DNA from: Bacillus subtilis subsp. subtilis str. 168
GTDB lineage: Bacteria > Bacillota > Bacilli > Bacillales > Bacillaceae
Length of the DNA stretch: 32,000 nt
Assembly (NCBI RefSeq): GCF_000009045.1
Contig: NC_000964.3
Coordinates: 4,170,001-4,202,000, forward strand
Direction: 5' to 3'
In this document: positions 17,399 to 26,785 of the stretch, piece after piece
How positions within the stretch are numbered: position 1 is the first letter of the stretch
Layout of the letters: every line of letters starts with the position of its first letter
Program-made: the position numbers and the translations under genes
The notes under the pieces: model-generated
The model's database searches: none
Seen by the model: the letters and a program-made list of their open reading frames with translations, nothing else
Told to the model about the DNA's origin: nothing

Positions 17399-17575
17399 CG
17401 AAAGAAGGTGATCCAATGCCTACTAACAATAAACCCAATAGATTAATCGCTGAGAAATCTACTTATTTTACTTCAACATGCTCATAACCCTGTGGACTGG
17501 TTCCCTTGGGGAGAAGAAGCATATGAAAAAGCGAAACGCGAAAACAAGCCTGTTCTCGTATCTATTGGGTATAGC
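17399..17575 (+). pseudogene. Copy 2 of the yyaL RBS plus 5' coding end, frameshifted
   Basis: GAAAGAAGGTGATCCAATGCCTACTAACAATAAACCCAATAGATTAATCGCTGAGAAATC..., roughly 80% identical to 21183-21360. A 1-nt insertion creates in-frame stops. Confidence 0.8.
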
Positions 17576-17625
17576 TAACGATGGCTAATCTAAAGAACAT
17601 GCTATTGATGCCATGTTTATTCATT

Positions 17626-17675
17626 TTACAAAAAAGGATCAACCTTGAATTACTTTCACAAGATTGATCCTTTCA
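17626..17675 (-). terminator. Terminator of tetB
   Basis: Arms AAAGGATCAA (17633-17642) / TTGATCCTTT (17664-17673). A T-run follows on the minus strand. Confidence 0.65.
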
Positions 17676-17680
17676 CTCAT

Positions 17681-19057
17681 TTAGCCATGTCTCCGCGAAC
17701 GTTTATATACATTCAAGATTACTAGCCAACAAATAACAATGATTCCTGCAAAAAGTATGAGCATATTGCTATACAAATAGGTAGAGTGATCAACGTCAAT
17801 AGGCAGCAGCCTATGATCTAGGAAGCCGATAGATAATAAACCGCCTACAATCGCAATACCCGTTCCCTCTGATAAAAAGCTCGTGAAATTAAGCAAACTC
17901 ATTCCAGCGCCCGCTTCCTTTTCTTTCAAACTGCTAGACACAACTGTAGATATAACTGTTTTTGTGAAAGATAGCCCCCCAAAAACAAAAATTACTATAA
18001 TTGTCATGATCCATGGTGCTGCATCTATAAAAAAGGCAGCGATTAAAAAGCCGGAAGAAAGCAATGCACTTCCAATAGTTAGTACATACAAGGAACCTTT
18101 CCGATCAACAAGCAATCCCCCAATGTAACCAAAGATGATGACACTCATTGTTCCGGGGAAAATAATGCCGCTTCCAATTGCTGCAGTACTTAAATGGTGA
18201 ACATCTTTCATCATGTAAGGAACCATAGAGACAAATCCTGCTACTGTACCAAATATTAGTCCTCCGCAAAGGGTTCCAATCACAAAAAAGACGTTTTTCC
18301 CTAATTCAGGGTCAACAAAAGGGTCCTGAGCTTTCCTAATGTGTTGCACAAATATGAAGAAAGCAAGGATACTGATGATCAGAAAAGAAAATCTATAAGA
18401 TGTTGTAAACAGCATAAAAAATACGATACCTGCAGACATCAATATAATCCCTGCCATATCAATGTGTCCTCTTATTCTCTCTTCCTTTTTCAACAATTTT
18501 ATAAGGAATGGAACGGTGATAATTGTTGCAGTTGGAATAAGCAGCAAATACGACCAATGGATATAATGAGCAACCATTCCGCCAATAGCTGGCCCAACAC
18601 CTTCTCCCATTGCTACCAGGGACCCGATCAGGCCAAATGCTTTCCCCCTGTTCTCTTTTGGAATATAGCGCGCAACGACAACCATCACAAGAGCTGGGAA
18701 TGCGGCTGCACCAATTCCTTGAATAAATCGGGCTAGAATGAGAATAGGAAAGAAAGAGTGTCCAACAAATCCAATGATCGACCCTAAGCCATTTACCATA
18801 ATCCCAAATAGAAGCAGATTTTTGATGCCCAGCTGGTCTGATAGCTTTCCATATAGAGCTGTTCCAATGGAGAAGGTTAACATAAAGGCTGTATTCACCC
18901 AGTTTGCACTTGCTGGCAGTTTATTAAACTCGTTGGCAATATCAGGTAATGAGACGTTCAGAACCATTTCATTTAATACGCTGAAAAATGATAGAACACA
19001 AAGCCAAATCAAAACTTGATTGTGCCGTAAAGTTGACTGTGAATAAGACGTATTCAC
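17681..19057 (-). CDS. tetB: Tet(L)-type tetracycline-metal/H+ and Na+(K+)/H+ antiporter, 14-TM MFS
   Basis: GTG start after GGAGGGGAAATT. Motif [13 protein letters not shown]. 458 aa, DHA2-type. Preceded by the characteristic leader peptide. Confidence 0.95.
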   Translation of the reverse strand: MNTSYSQSTLRHNQVLIWLCVLSFFSVLNEMVLNVSLPDIANEFNKLPASANWVNTAFMLTFSIGTALYGKLSDQLGIKNLLLFGIMVNGLGSIIGFVGHSFFPILILARFIQGIGAAAFPALVMVVVARYIPKENRGKAFGLIGSLVAMGEGVGPAIGGMVAHYIHWSYLLLIPTATIITVPFLIKLLKKEERIRGHIDMAGIILMSAGIVFFMLFTTSYRFSFLIISILAFFIFVQHIRKAQDPFVDPELGKNVFFVIGTLCGGLIFGTVAGFVSMVPYMMKDVHHLSTAAIGSGIIFPGTMSVIIFGYIGGLLVDRKGSLYVLTIGSALLSSGFLIAAFFIDAAPWIMTIIVIFVFGGLSFTKTVISTVVSSSLKEKEAGAGMSLLNFTSFLSEGTGIAIVGGLLSIGFLDHRLLPIDVDHSTYLYSNMLILFAGIIVICWLVILNVYKRSRRHG

Positions 19058-19063
19058 AATTTC

Positions 19064-19080
19064 CCCTCCATTAATGAGGG
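19064..19080 (-). promoter_or_regulatory. Hairpin sequestering the tetB RBS
   Basis: Minus strand reads CCCTCATTAATGGAGGG. The 3' arm is the tetB Shine-Dalgarno sequence. Confidence 0.55.
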
Positions 19081-19090
19081 CAGACGCAGT

Positions 19091-19153
19091 TTATAGGGTC
19101 ATTGATACGCTTCCCTCTTTTAATTGTACCCTGTTCATTTTATTGCACTTCAT
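19091..19153 (-). CDS. tetL: tet(L) leader peptide (20 aa)
   Basis: MKCNKMNRVQLKEGSVSMTL*, preceded by GGGGGAG. Lies 33 nt upstream of the tetB start. Confidence 0.8.
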   Translation of the reverse strand: MKCNKMNRVQLKEGSVSMTL

Positions 19154-19405
19154 AATAACTCCCCCTACATTTGATTGATATGATCTTATTATATATAGAC
19201 TAAGGATTAAACTTTTACTTTTTTTATAAAAATTTGACCAGATTGCGAAACAAGGAAAAACGTTATTCGCATTTATCTCAAGTGGCAAAATGAAACATTA
19301 GTTTATATTTTCACATCACAATTATCGATAAGCAGTCAGTTATTGTATTTGTTTAGGATAACTGTGGTAACCTGAATATAACCAACTTAGGAAGAAGGTG
19401 ATCCC

Positions 19406-19645
19406 ATGCCAAATAAAAGTAAACCCAATAGATTAATCGCTGAAAAGTCTCCTTATTTACTCCAACACGCCCACAACCCTGTGGACTGGTTCCCGTGGGG
19501 AGAAGAAGCATTTGCAAAAGCAAAACGCGAAAACAAGCCGGTTCTGGTCAGCATCGGTTATTCGACGACTTGTCATTGGTGGCCTGGGATAATCAAATCG
19601 TGTGGAACTCCATTAAAAGATAACAGAAGCCATTTTAAACGATAA
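19406..19645 (+). pseudogene. yyaO: Copy 3 of the yyaL 5' end (truncated paralog)
   Basis: 19388-19581 aligns to 21180-21370 with ~9 mismatches and a 3-bp insertion (CGA). [36 protein letters not shown]...[11 protein letters not shown], then unrelated sequence. Confidence 0.85.
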
Positions 19646-19694
19646 TACTATTTGTTCAAACAATACAGTCTACCTTTTATTTCATTCATTTTCT

Positions 19695-19737
19695 AAAACC
19701 TGTAATCCGTAACCACGCGGTAGCAGGTTTTTTTATT
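19695..19737 (+). terminator. Terminator after the yyaO fragment
   Basis: AAAACCTG...CAGGTTTT stem followed by a T-run. Confidence 0.55.
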
Positions 19738-19740
19738 TGC

Positions 19741-19771
19741 TTGACTTAGAGTTAACTCTAAATTGTAAACT
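19741..19771 (+). promoter_or_regulatory. MerR-type promoter/operator of yyaN-yyaM
   Basis: TTGACT (19741-19746), 19-nt spacer containing the perfect palindrome TTAGAGTTAACTCTAA, then TAAACT (19766-19771). Confidence 0.65.
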
Positions 19772-19783
19772 AACTTTAATTAA

Positions 19784-20212
19784 ATGAGAGGGATGATGTT
19801 GTTGTATTCCATTAGTAAAGCTGCTGAGAAGACTAGTATTAGTTCGTATACATTAAGATATTACGAAAAGATTGGGTTACTTCCACCACCAAAACGAAAA
19901 AACAGTGGAAGGCGTTTTTATACGGAGACTGATATTCAGTTCATGTTATTCCTGAAAAGTTTAAAGGAAACAGGTATGTCTTTGGAGGATATTAATGAGT
20001 TTGTCAAAGACGGATGCATTTTGGAAAAAATCAATTCGGATGTTAAATCGGCACAACTCTCCCCATCTATAAATAAACGTATTGAGATTTTAACCAAGCA
20101 CTTAGAGAAAATGGAAATTAAAAAAAGGGAGCTGGAAGAAGTGATTTCTACTACAAAAGGAAAACTGGATACATATTATTCAATTTTGAAAGAGGAAGTG
20201 GAAAACAAATGA
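19784..20212 (+). CDS. yyaN: MerR-family transcriptional regulator
   Basis: HTH YSISKAAEKTSISSYTLRYYEKIGLLPPP...GRRFYTETDIQ and a C-terminal coiled coil. Exact start uncertain (ATG 19784/19793/19796). Confidence 0.9.
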   Translation: MRGMMLLYSISKAAEKTSISSYTLRYYEKIGLLPPPKRKNSGRRFYTETDIQFMLFLKSLKETGMSLEDINEFVKDGCILEKINSDVKSAQLSPSINKRIEILTKHLEKMEIKKRELEEVISTTKGKLDTYYSILKEEVENK

Positions 20213-21126
20213 AACATTTAAATATATACATAATGTTACTTGGCTTCTCTATTTTCACGGGAGCTACTTTTAATCTTGCAAAATATACAGTTGGATATTT
20301 TTCTCCATCGTCTTCTGCGGCATGGCGTTTCGGTTTAGCGGCTGCAGTGATGCTCATCATTTTGATTTTTACTGAAGGTATAAAGAAGAGTCAATTACGG
20401 AAAAACGCCGTTTCATACATTGTTCTTGGAATTATAGGAATCTTTGGATTTAATGCCTTGTTTTTTGTTGGTTTAAAATATACATCTCCCGTTAACGGAG
20501 CATTAATAATGGGGCTGAATCCTTTATTAACAGCAATTCTCGCTCGAATTATCTTAAAGGACAACATGACAAAAAAACAAGTACTCGGCATATTCTTTGC
20601 ATTCATCGGTGTATTGTTAGTCATTACACAAGGTTCTATCGAAACCATTAAAACCTTATCAATTTCAGGAGGAGACTTAATAATCTTTACAGGTAACGTT
20701 TGTTGGGCACTTTATGGCGTACTTGGACGTCGGTTTGTAAAGGATGGTACACCGCTATCTACAACCACTTATACGATGGTTATTGGTGCTGTTAGTTTAA
20801 TAGTAGTTTCCTTATTTACATCCAAACCTGTTTCTTTATCGAACATCCCGATTGGAGTTTGGGGGGCAATTGCTTTTATGGCTTTTTTTACAAGTGTTTT
20901 GGGTTACCTATGGTGGAATCAGGGGATTAAAGAGATTGGAGCTAGTAAAACATCTTTATTTTTCAACCTTGTTCCCGTTGTAACGATGATTATTTCATTT
21001 GCCGTTGGAACACCAATAAAGGTATTTCAAGTTATTGGGGCTGTGCTAGTTATATTAGGCGTTTTAACCGCTTCGGGGGTAATACGTATTCCTAAGTACA
21101 ATACTAAAGAACAGTCAGCTATATAA
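20209..21126 (+). CDS. yyaM: EamA/DMT-family transporter (10 TM)
   Basis: ATGA overlap with yyaN. Two EamA-like halves. Confidence 0.9.
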   Translation: MKHLNIYIMLLGFSIFTGATFNLAKYTVGYFSPSSSAAWRFGLAAAVMLIILIFTEGIKKSQLRKNAVSYIVLGIIGIFGFNALFFVGLKYTSPVNGALIMGLNPLLTAILARIILKDNMTKKQVLGIFFAFIGVLLVITQGSIETIKTLSISGGDLIIFTGNVCWALYGVLGRRFVKDGTPLSTTTYTMVIGAVSLIVVSLFTSKPVSLSNIPIGVWGAIAFMAFFTSVLGYLWWNQGIKEIGASKTSLFFNLVPVVTMIISFAVGTPIKVFQVIGAVLVILGVLTASGVIRIPKYNTKEQSAI

Positions 21127-21197
21127 AGAAATAGGGAGTATTTTTGAGAAAATGTGTTAAGTTAAATATACACTAATTATAGGAAGAAGGTGATCCC

Positions 21198-23267
21198 ATG
21201 CCAAACAAAAGTAAACCCAATAGATTAATCAATGAGAAATCACCATATTTACTCCAACACGCCCACAACCCTGTGGACTGGTTCCCGTGGGGAGAAGAAG
21301 CTTTTGAAAAAGCAAAACGCGAAAACAAGCCGGTTCTGGTCAGCATCGGTTATTCGACTTGTCATTGGTGCCACGTGATGGCCCACGAAAGCTTTGAAGA
21401 CGAAGAAATCGCGCGTCTTCTCAATGAACGGTTTGTGGCGATTAAAGTCGACCGGGAAGAGCGGCCTGATGTGGATTCTGTTTATATGAGAATCTGCCAG
21501 CTGATGACCGGGCAGGGCGGCTGGCCGCTGAATGTGTTTATCACGCCTGATCAAAAGCCGTTTTACGCGGGTACATATTTTCCAAAGACGAGCAAATTCA
21601 ATCGTCCCGGTTTTGTTGATGTGCTTGAGCATCTGTCTGAGACGTTTGCGAACGACCGCGAGCATGTCGAGGATATTGCGGAGAACGCCGCTAAACATTT
21701 GCAGACCAAAACAGCTGCAAAAACTGGTGAGGGCCTTAGCGAATCAGCGATTCACCGGACATTCCAGCAGCTTGCCAGCGGGTTTGACACGATCTACGGC
21801 GGTTTCGGGCAGGCACCGAAATTTCCAATGCCTCATATGCTGATGTATTTGCTACGTTATGATCACAATACAGGGCAGGAGAACGCTCTATACAACGTGA
21901 CGAAAACATTGGACAGCATGGCGAATGGCGGCATTTACGATCATATCGGCTATGGGTTCGCCCGCTATTCGACCGATGACGAGTGGCTCGTTCCCCACTT
22001 TGAAAAAATGCTGTACGACAATGCGCTGCTGCTGACCGCTTATACAGAAGCCTATCAGGTCACGCAAAACAGCCGCTATAAAGAGATTTGTGAGCAGATC
22101 ATTACGTTCATTCAGAGGGAAATGACTCATGAAGACGGAAGCTTTTTCTCGGCTTTGGACGCGGACACAGAAGGAGAAGAAGGAAAGTACTACGTGTGGT
22201 CAAAGGAAGAGATTCTAAAAACGCTCGGGGACGATCTCGGAACGCTGTATTGCCAAGTGTATGACATCACTGAAGAAGGAAACTTTGAAGGCAAAAATAT
22301 TCCTAACCTCATTCACACAAAGCGAGAACAAATCAAAGAGGATGCCGGGTTAACCGAAAAAGAGCTCAGTCTCAAACTCGAAGACGCAAGACAGCAGCTC
22401 TTGAAGACACGCGAGGAAAGAACCTATCCGCATGTCGATGATAAAGTGCTTACCTCATGGAACGCGCTGATGATCGCGGGTCTTGCGAAAGCGGCAAAGG
22501 TATACCAGGAGCCGAAATATCTCAGCCTAGCGAAAGACGCCATCACATTTATTGAAAACAAATTAATCATCGACGGCCGTGTGATGGTCCGATATCGTGA
22601 TGGCGAAGTGAAAAACAAAGGCTTTATCGACGATTACGCTTTTCTCCTATGGGCTTATCTGGATCTCTATGAAGCTTCGTTTGATCTTTCTTATTTACAA
22701 AAAGCGAAGAAACTGACAGACGATATGATCAGCTTATTTTGGGATGAGGAGCATGGCGGATTCTACTTCACCGGACACGATGCAGAAGCCTTAATCGTAC
22801 GGGAAAAAGAAGTGTACGACGGCGCCGTGCCTTCAGGAAACAGTGTGGCAGCTGTTCAGCTGCTGCGTCTCGGGCAAGTCACAGGCGACTTATCACTGAT
22901 CGAAAAAGCGGAAACAATGTTTTCCGTGTTCAAGCCAGACATAGAAGCGTATCCGAGCGGCCATGCTTTCTTTATGCAAAGTGTGTTAAGGCATCTGATG
23001 CCTAAAAAAGAAATCGTGATTTTTGGCAGCGCAGACGATCCAGCCAGAAAACAAATTATAGCGGAGCTTCAAAAAGCCTTTAAGCCCAACGACTCCATTC
23101 TGGTGGCAGAGCAGCCCGAGCAATGCAAAGACATTGCGCCATTTGCAGCAGACTACCGCATCATAGACGGCAAAACAACCGTTTATATTTGTGAAAACTT
23201 CGCCTGCCAGCAACCGACAACAAATATTGAAGAAGCGATCCACACATTAATAAGCAGCAGGGATTAA
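21198..23267 (+). CDS. yyaL: Thioredoxin-fold (DUF255) plus six-hairpin domain protein
   Basis: [24 protein letters not shown] redox-like motif, [10 protein letters not shown]. 689 aa. Confidence 0.95.
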
Positions 23268-24163
23268 GACCCTTGCTGCTTACTTTTTGATTTCTTATGG
23301 TACCATAAAGCGATCCCCGCAAACACAAGGTTGACCGCTATCGTAAAGAAAGCCTCCCACATCGGGTTCCCCCGCGTAACGGTAAACAGAGAAGGAATTC
23401 CTCCATACACACTGTTTTTTTCTGTAATAAACATACACAAAAACATATTATTCGCGGCATGGGCGCCAAGTGATATTTCGATGCTCCCAGTTTTAATCGT
23501 GTAATACGTCCACACAAACCCAAATGTTAAGTACTCAATTCCTGCCCAGACAGCGCCATTGTTCATTTCTGGATTCGCAAAATGCAATACGCCAAACAAT
23601 CCTCCGACAATCAGTGTCAAAAATAGAGGATTTTTCGTCAATCTCCCGAAAGCTTGAAGCAAAAATCCCCTGAAAAATAGTTCCTCAGCTGATGTCTGAA
23701 TCGGAACCAAAATGAGGGCAGCCGCTAGCAGCCAGATAAATCGTGATGCATTAAACTCTTGCATTGAATAGCTATCAGGATGAATCACAAAATCAATCAA
23801 TTGTACGGCGATCATTAGCAAGAAATAAGCAATAAAACCAAAGGAAATTCTCCGCCAATTCATCTTTGAATTTGGTGTTATCACCGTTCGGAAAGGCCGC
23901 TTCAAAATAAAGCGCACAGCCAGCCAAACTCCCGGAATGGCGAATAAATAAATCACATGGGACAAATAAAGATCTACGAGGGGATCACTCAGCACAGCTT
24001 CATCCAAATCAAACGTGATATTGGGATTCACAATAACCGTGAACAATATAGCGAAAAGGTAAGCTATATTCCCTAATACATATAACCCTACCATCACCAA
24101 AAAAGCGAAAAAATATCTCCACAACGTATTGTTTCCTTCTATAGGACGGATAAATGAATTCAT
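23264..24163 (-). CDS. yyaK: CPBP (CAAX/Abi) intramembrane metalloprotease family protein
   Basis: ORF 23264-24187; ATG 24163. Motifs [18 protein letters not shown]. Its stop overlaps the yyaL stop. Confidence 0.9.
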
Positions 24164-24388
24164 TCCTTCTATGTCTCTTCCTTTCAATGAGAATATTACT
24201 ATATATTTGCATAAATTGGTCTATGAATCTACTGTTTTGGAAATCTTTTAAGCAAAATTAAAATATAAAGTGTGAATTTAGTTCTTCCATCTAGTGATTT
24301 GAACTCTGTTGCCAATGAACCAAGATACTTATAATAGTCCCAAGAGGGGAATTTTCAGTCTTTTCTACTACTCAAAAGGGGGTTTTTT

Positions 24389-25744
24389 ATGAATACGATC
24401 TTCAAACAAAAGAATACACATCCTTTCTCAAACGCAGCGAATCGTTTAGACCGCCTTCCGATTTCACGCGTTCATTTCCAAGTGTTAACCGCTCTCGGCA
24501 TTGTTTATTTCTTTGATCTCGCAGATTTATTTACCCTCAGCAACGTAGCGCCGGCACTGATCGAGCATTGGGGCATCCCGCTTTCAACTATTGCTAACGT
24601 AACGGCCGCTTCGTTTTTAGGCATGTTTTTAGGCGCTTCACTGGGCGGACGGCTGTCCGATCGAATCGGCCGCAAAAAAGCCTTAAATCTATTTGTCTTT
24701 GTTTTCTCAATCGCATCGCTATGCAATGCTGCGGCATGGGACATTCCATCTTTAATGACATTCCGTTTCCTCACCGGATTTGGCGTTGCAGCCGCCATGG
24801 TCATTACGAATAGCTATTTGGCGGAATTTTTCCCTTCAAGTGTACGTGGAAAATATATTTCTTTTTGTGCCATGATTGGATTGATTGGGGTTCCGATCAC
24901 CAACATTGTGTCTGCCTTTGTCATTCCTCTTGGTTCATGGGGATGGAGGCTAGTATTTGTATGGGGTGCCGTCGGCCTTATTTATTTTTTCTTCATCCAC
25001 CGTCTGGAAGAGTCACCTCGCTGGCACGAAAATCGCGGGGAATATGCGAAAGCCGATGCGATCCTCACCCGAATTGAAGAACAGGTTGAAAAGGAGAAAG
25101 GCCCGCTTCCGGCAGCATCCCAGCCTAAAGTAAGCGAAACTGTTAAGCAGAATGCAGGTTACGCAGGCTTATTGAAAGGCAGAAACCTCAAAATTACCAT
25201 CGTATTATCTGCTGTATGGATTTTTGAAACGTTTGGGTTTTACGGATTTGCTTCATGGGTTCCAAGCCTGCTAAAAAGCAATGGCGTAACCATGGAAAAT
25301 ACATTATGGTATAACGTATTGCATTCCGTCGGCGCTCCACTTGGCGCACTGCTCGGCTCCATGATTTCCGAAAGATTTCAAAGAAAATGGATTTTAGCTG
25401 CGAGTGCGTTTCTGACGGCCATCGCCGGGCTCTTATATGGTATGACTTTTATTCCCATCATGATCATTGTATTTGGTTTTATCGTGAATATCACAGAACG
25501 GGTCTTTACCTCGAACTTATACGCCTATACATCTGAACCTTATCCGACTGAATACCGCTCGTCTGGCAGCGGTTTAGCCTATGGTCTTGGCCGTTTTTCA
25601 AACATTTTTGGCTCATTGCTTGTCGGATTTATTGCCGTTCAGCTCGGCTATATCAGCGTCTTCTTATTTATTGGGGGCTGTTGGCTCGCATGCTCCTTGC
25701 TGTTAATCTTCTTCGGTCCTAATACGAATGCAAAACAGATTTAA
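24389..25744 (+). CDS. yyaJ: MFS transporter, sugar-porter-like
   Basis: RBS AAGGGGG. Motifs GGRLSDRIGRKKAL and EESPRW. Confidence 0.9.
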   Translation: MNTIFKQKNTHPFSNAANRLDRLPISRVHFQVLTALGIVYFFDLADLFTLSNVAPALIEHWGIPLSTIANVTAASFLGMFLGASLGGRLSDRIGRKKALNLFVFVFSIASLCNAAAWDIPSLMTFRFLTGFGVAAAMVITNSYLAEFFPSSVRGKYISFCAMIGLIGVPITNIVSAFVIPLGSWGWRLVFVWGAVGLIYFFFIHRLEESPRWHENRGEYAKADAILTRIEEQVEKEKGPLPAASQPKVSETVKQNAGYAGLLKGRNLKITIVLSAVWIFETFGFYGFASWVPSLLKSNGVTMENTLWYNVLHSVGAPLGALLGSMISERFQRKWILAASAFLTAIAGLLYGMTFIPIMIIVFGFIVNITERVFTSNLYAYTSEPYPTEYRSSGSGLAYGLGRFSNIFGSLLVGFIAVQLGYISVFLFIGGCWLACSLLLIFFGPNTNAKQI

Positions 25745-25775
25745 AAAAGTCAGTGCGGATCTGCCGCACTGATCT
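25745..25775. terminator. Terminator between the convergent genes yyaJ and maa
   Basis: TCAGTGCGG / CCGCACTGA stem. A clear T-run on the minus strand. Confidence 0.65.
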
Positions 25776-25777
25776 CA

Positions 25778-26332
25778 TTACAATTGCTTCAAAATCCTTG
25801 CGGGGTTTCCGCCTACAACAGTATTAGCGGGTACATCCTTAGTGACAACAGATCCAGAAGCAATCACTGCGTTATCACCGATTGTCACTCCCGGGTTAAT
25901 CACCGCCCGGCCTCCAATCCAAACTTGATCTCCAATTGTCACAGGCTTACCGAACTCCTTCCCGGATTTCCTTTCGATCGGATCAAGAGGATGACCGGCC
26001 GTGTAGATATGTACACCTGGCGCAATCAAACAATGACAGCCGATACGCACCTCACACACATCTAAAATGACACAGTCAAAATTAACAAATGTATGATCTC
26101 CGATATGAATGTGATAGCCATAATCACAGCGGAATGTCGGCAAAATCGTGACTTGATCCCCAACCGAACCGAGCAGCTCCTTCAAAAGCTTCGTCCGCAC
26201 TGCATCATCTTCCGGTGTTTCGTTGTATTGTCTAATCAGCTGTCTCGCATGCTTGCGTTCTAGTAATAGTTGTTGATCTTCCGAATTGTATAATTCTCCG
26301 GCTGCCATTTTTTCTTTTTCTGTCCTCAGCAT
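25778..26332 (-). CDS. maa: Maltose/galactoside O-acetyltransferase (hexapeptide-repeat LbH)
   Basis: N-terminal Mac domain ([15 protein letters not shown]...), then hexapeptide repeats. RBS GGAGTGA. Lies 17 nt after the yyaH stop. Confidence 0.9.
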   Translation of the reverse strand: MLRTEKEKMAAGELYNSEDQQLLLERKHARQLIRQYNETPEDDAVRTKLLKELLGSVGDQVTILPTFRCDYGYHIHIGDHTFVNFDCVILDVCEVRIGCHCLIAPGVHIYTAGHPLDPIERKSGKEFGKPVTIGDQVWIGGRAVINPGVTIGDNAVIASGSVVTKDVPANTVVGGNPARILKQL

Positions 26333-26349
26333 TTAAGTCACTCCAGATG

Positions 26350-26730
26350 TCAGATTGTAATCTCGATCAAATTTCCTTCATCATCCTCAATCACGCTTTC
26401 ATAGTAGCCGTCTCCTGTTGTCCTCGGGCCGTTTACTACTGCGAAACCATCCGCCTTCAATCGATCAGTCAGTTCGTCAACTTTCTCCCGGCTCCCAACG
26501 GAAAAGGCAATATGTGCCCAGCCTGTCATTGTTTGTGAGGGCGGATCGGTCACATTCCCTTTTTTCATAATTTCCAGCCTTGCTCCGGAATCAAACGTAA
26601 TAAAATAAGACTTAAAATCTTTTTTCTCATTATGATACAAATCATTCGCTTCGCCATTAAAATACGATTCATAAAAAGACTTCATTCGCTCTAAATCATT
26701 GACCCAGACCGCTGTATGTTCAATCTGCAT
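26350..26730 (-). CDS. yyaH: VOC/glyoxalase-family protein
   Basis: ORF extends to 26877, but ATG 26730 follows [33 protein letters not shown]. Confidence 0.85.
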
Positions 26731-26785
26731 TTCTTCCTCCTCCTTCGCCTTCAATGAAGTTATAAGGTATGAAATGCATTTCAGT

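Noticed and set aside
19154-19288. Upstream part of the 65-aa minus-strand ORF containing the tet leader
   Set aside because: Only the last 20 codons are preceded by an SD and match the tet(L) leader peptide. The remainder is promoter-region sequence.
1120-21370. Whether the repeated segments form a CRISPR array or a dispersed REP-like family
   Set aside because: The repeats are 110-235 bp gene fragments with recognisable reading frames, separated by kilobases of genes. They lack both the short regular repeat-spacer periodicity of CRISPR and the palindromic units of REP elements.
24188-24388. Possible promoter or regulatory RNA in the 200-bp yyaK/yyaJ divergent region
   Set aside because: A TATAAT is present, but the candidate -35 boxes have poor spacing (15-16 nt) and I could not support any convincing structure.
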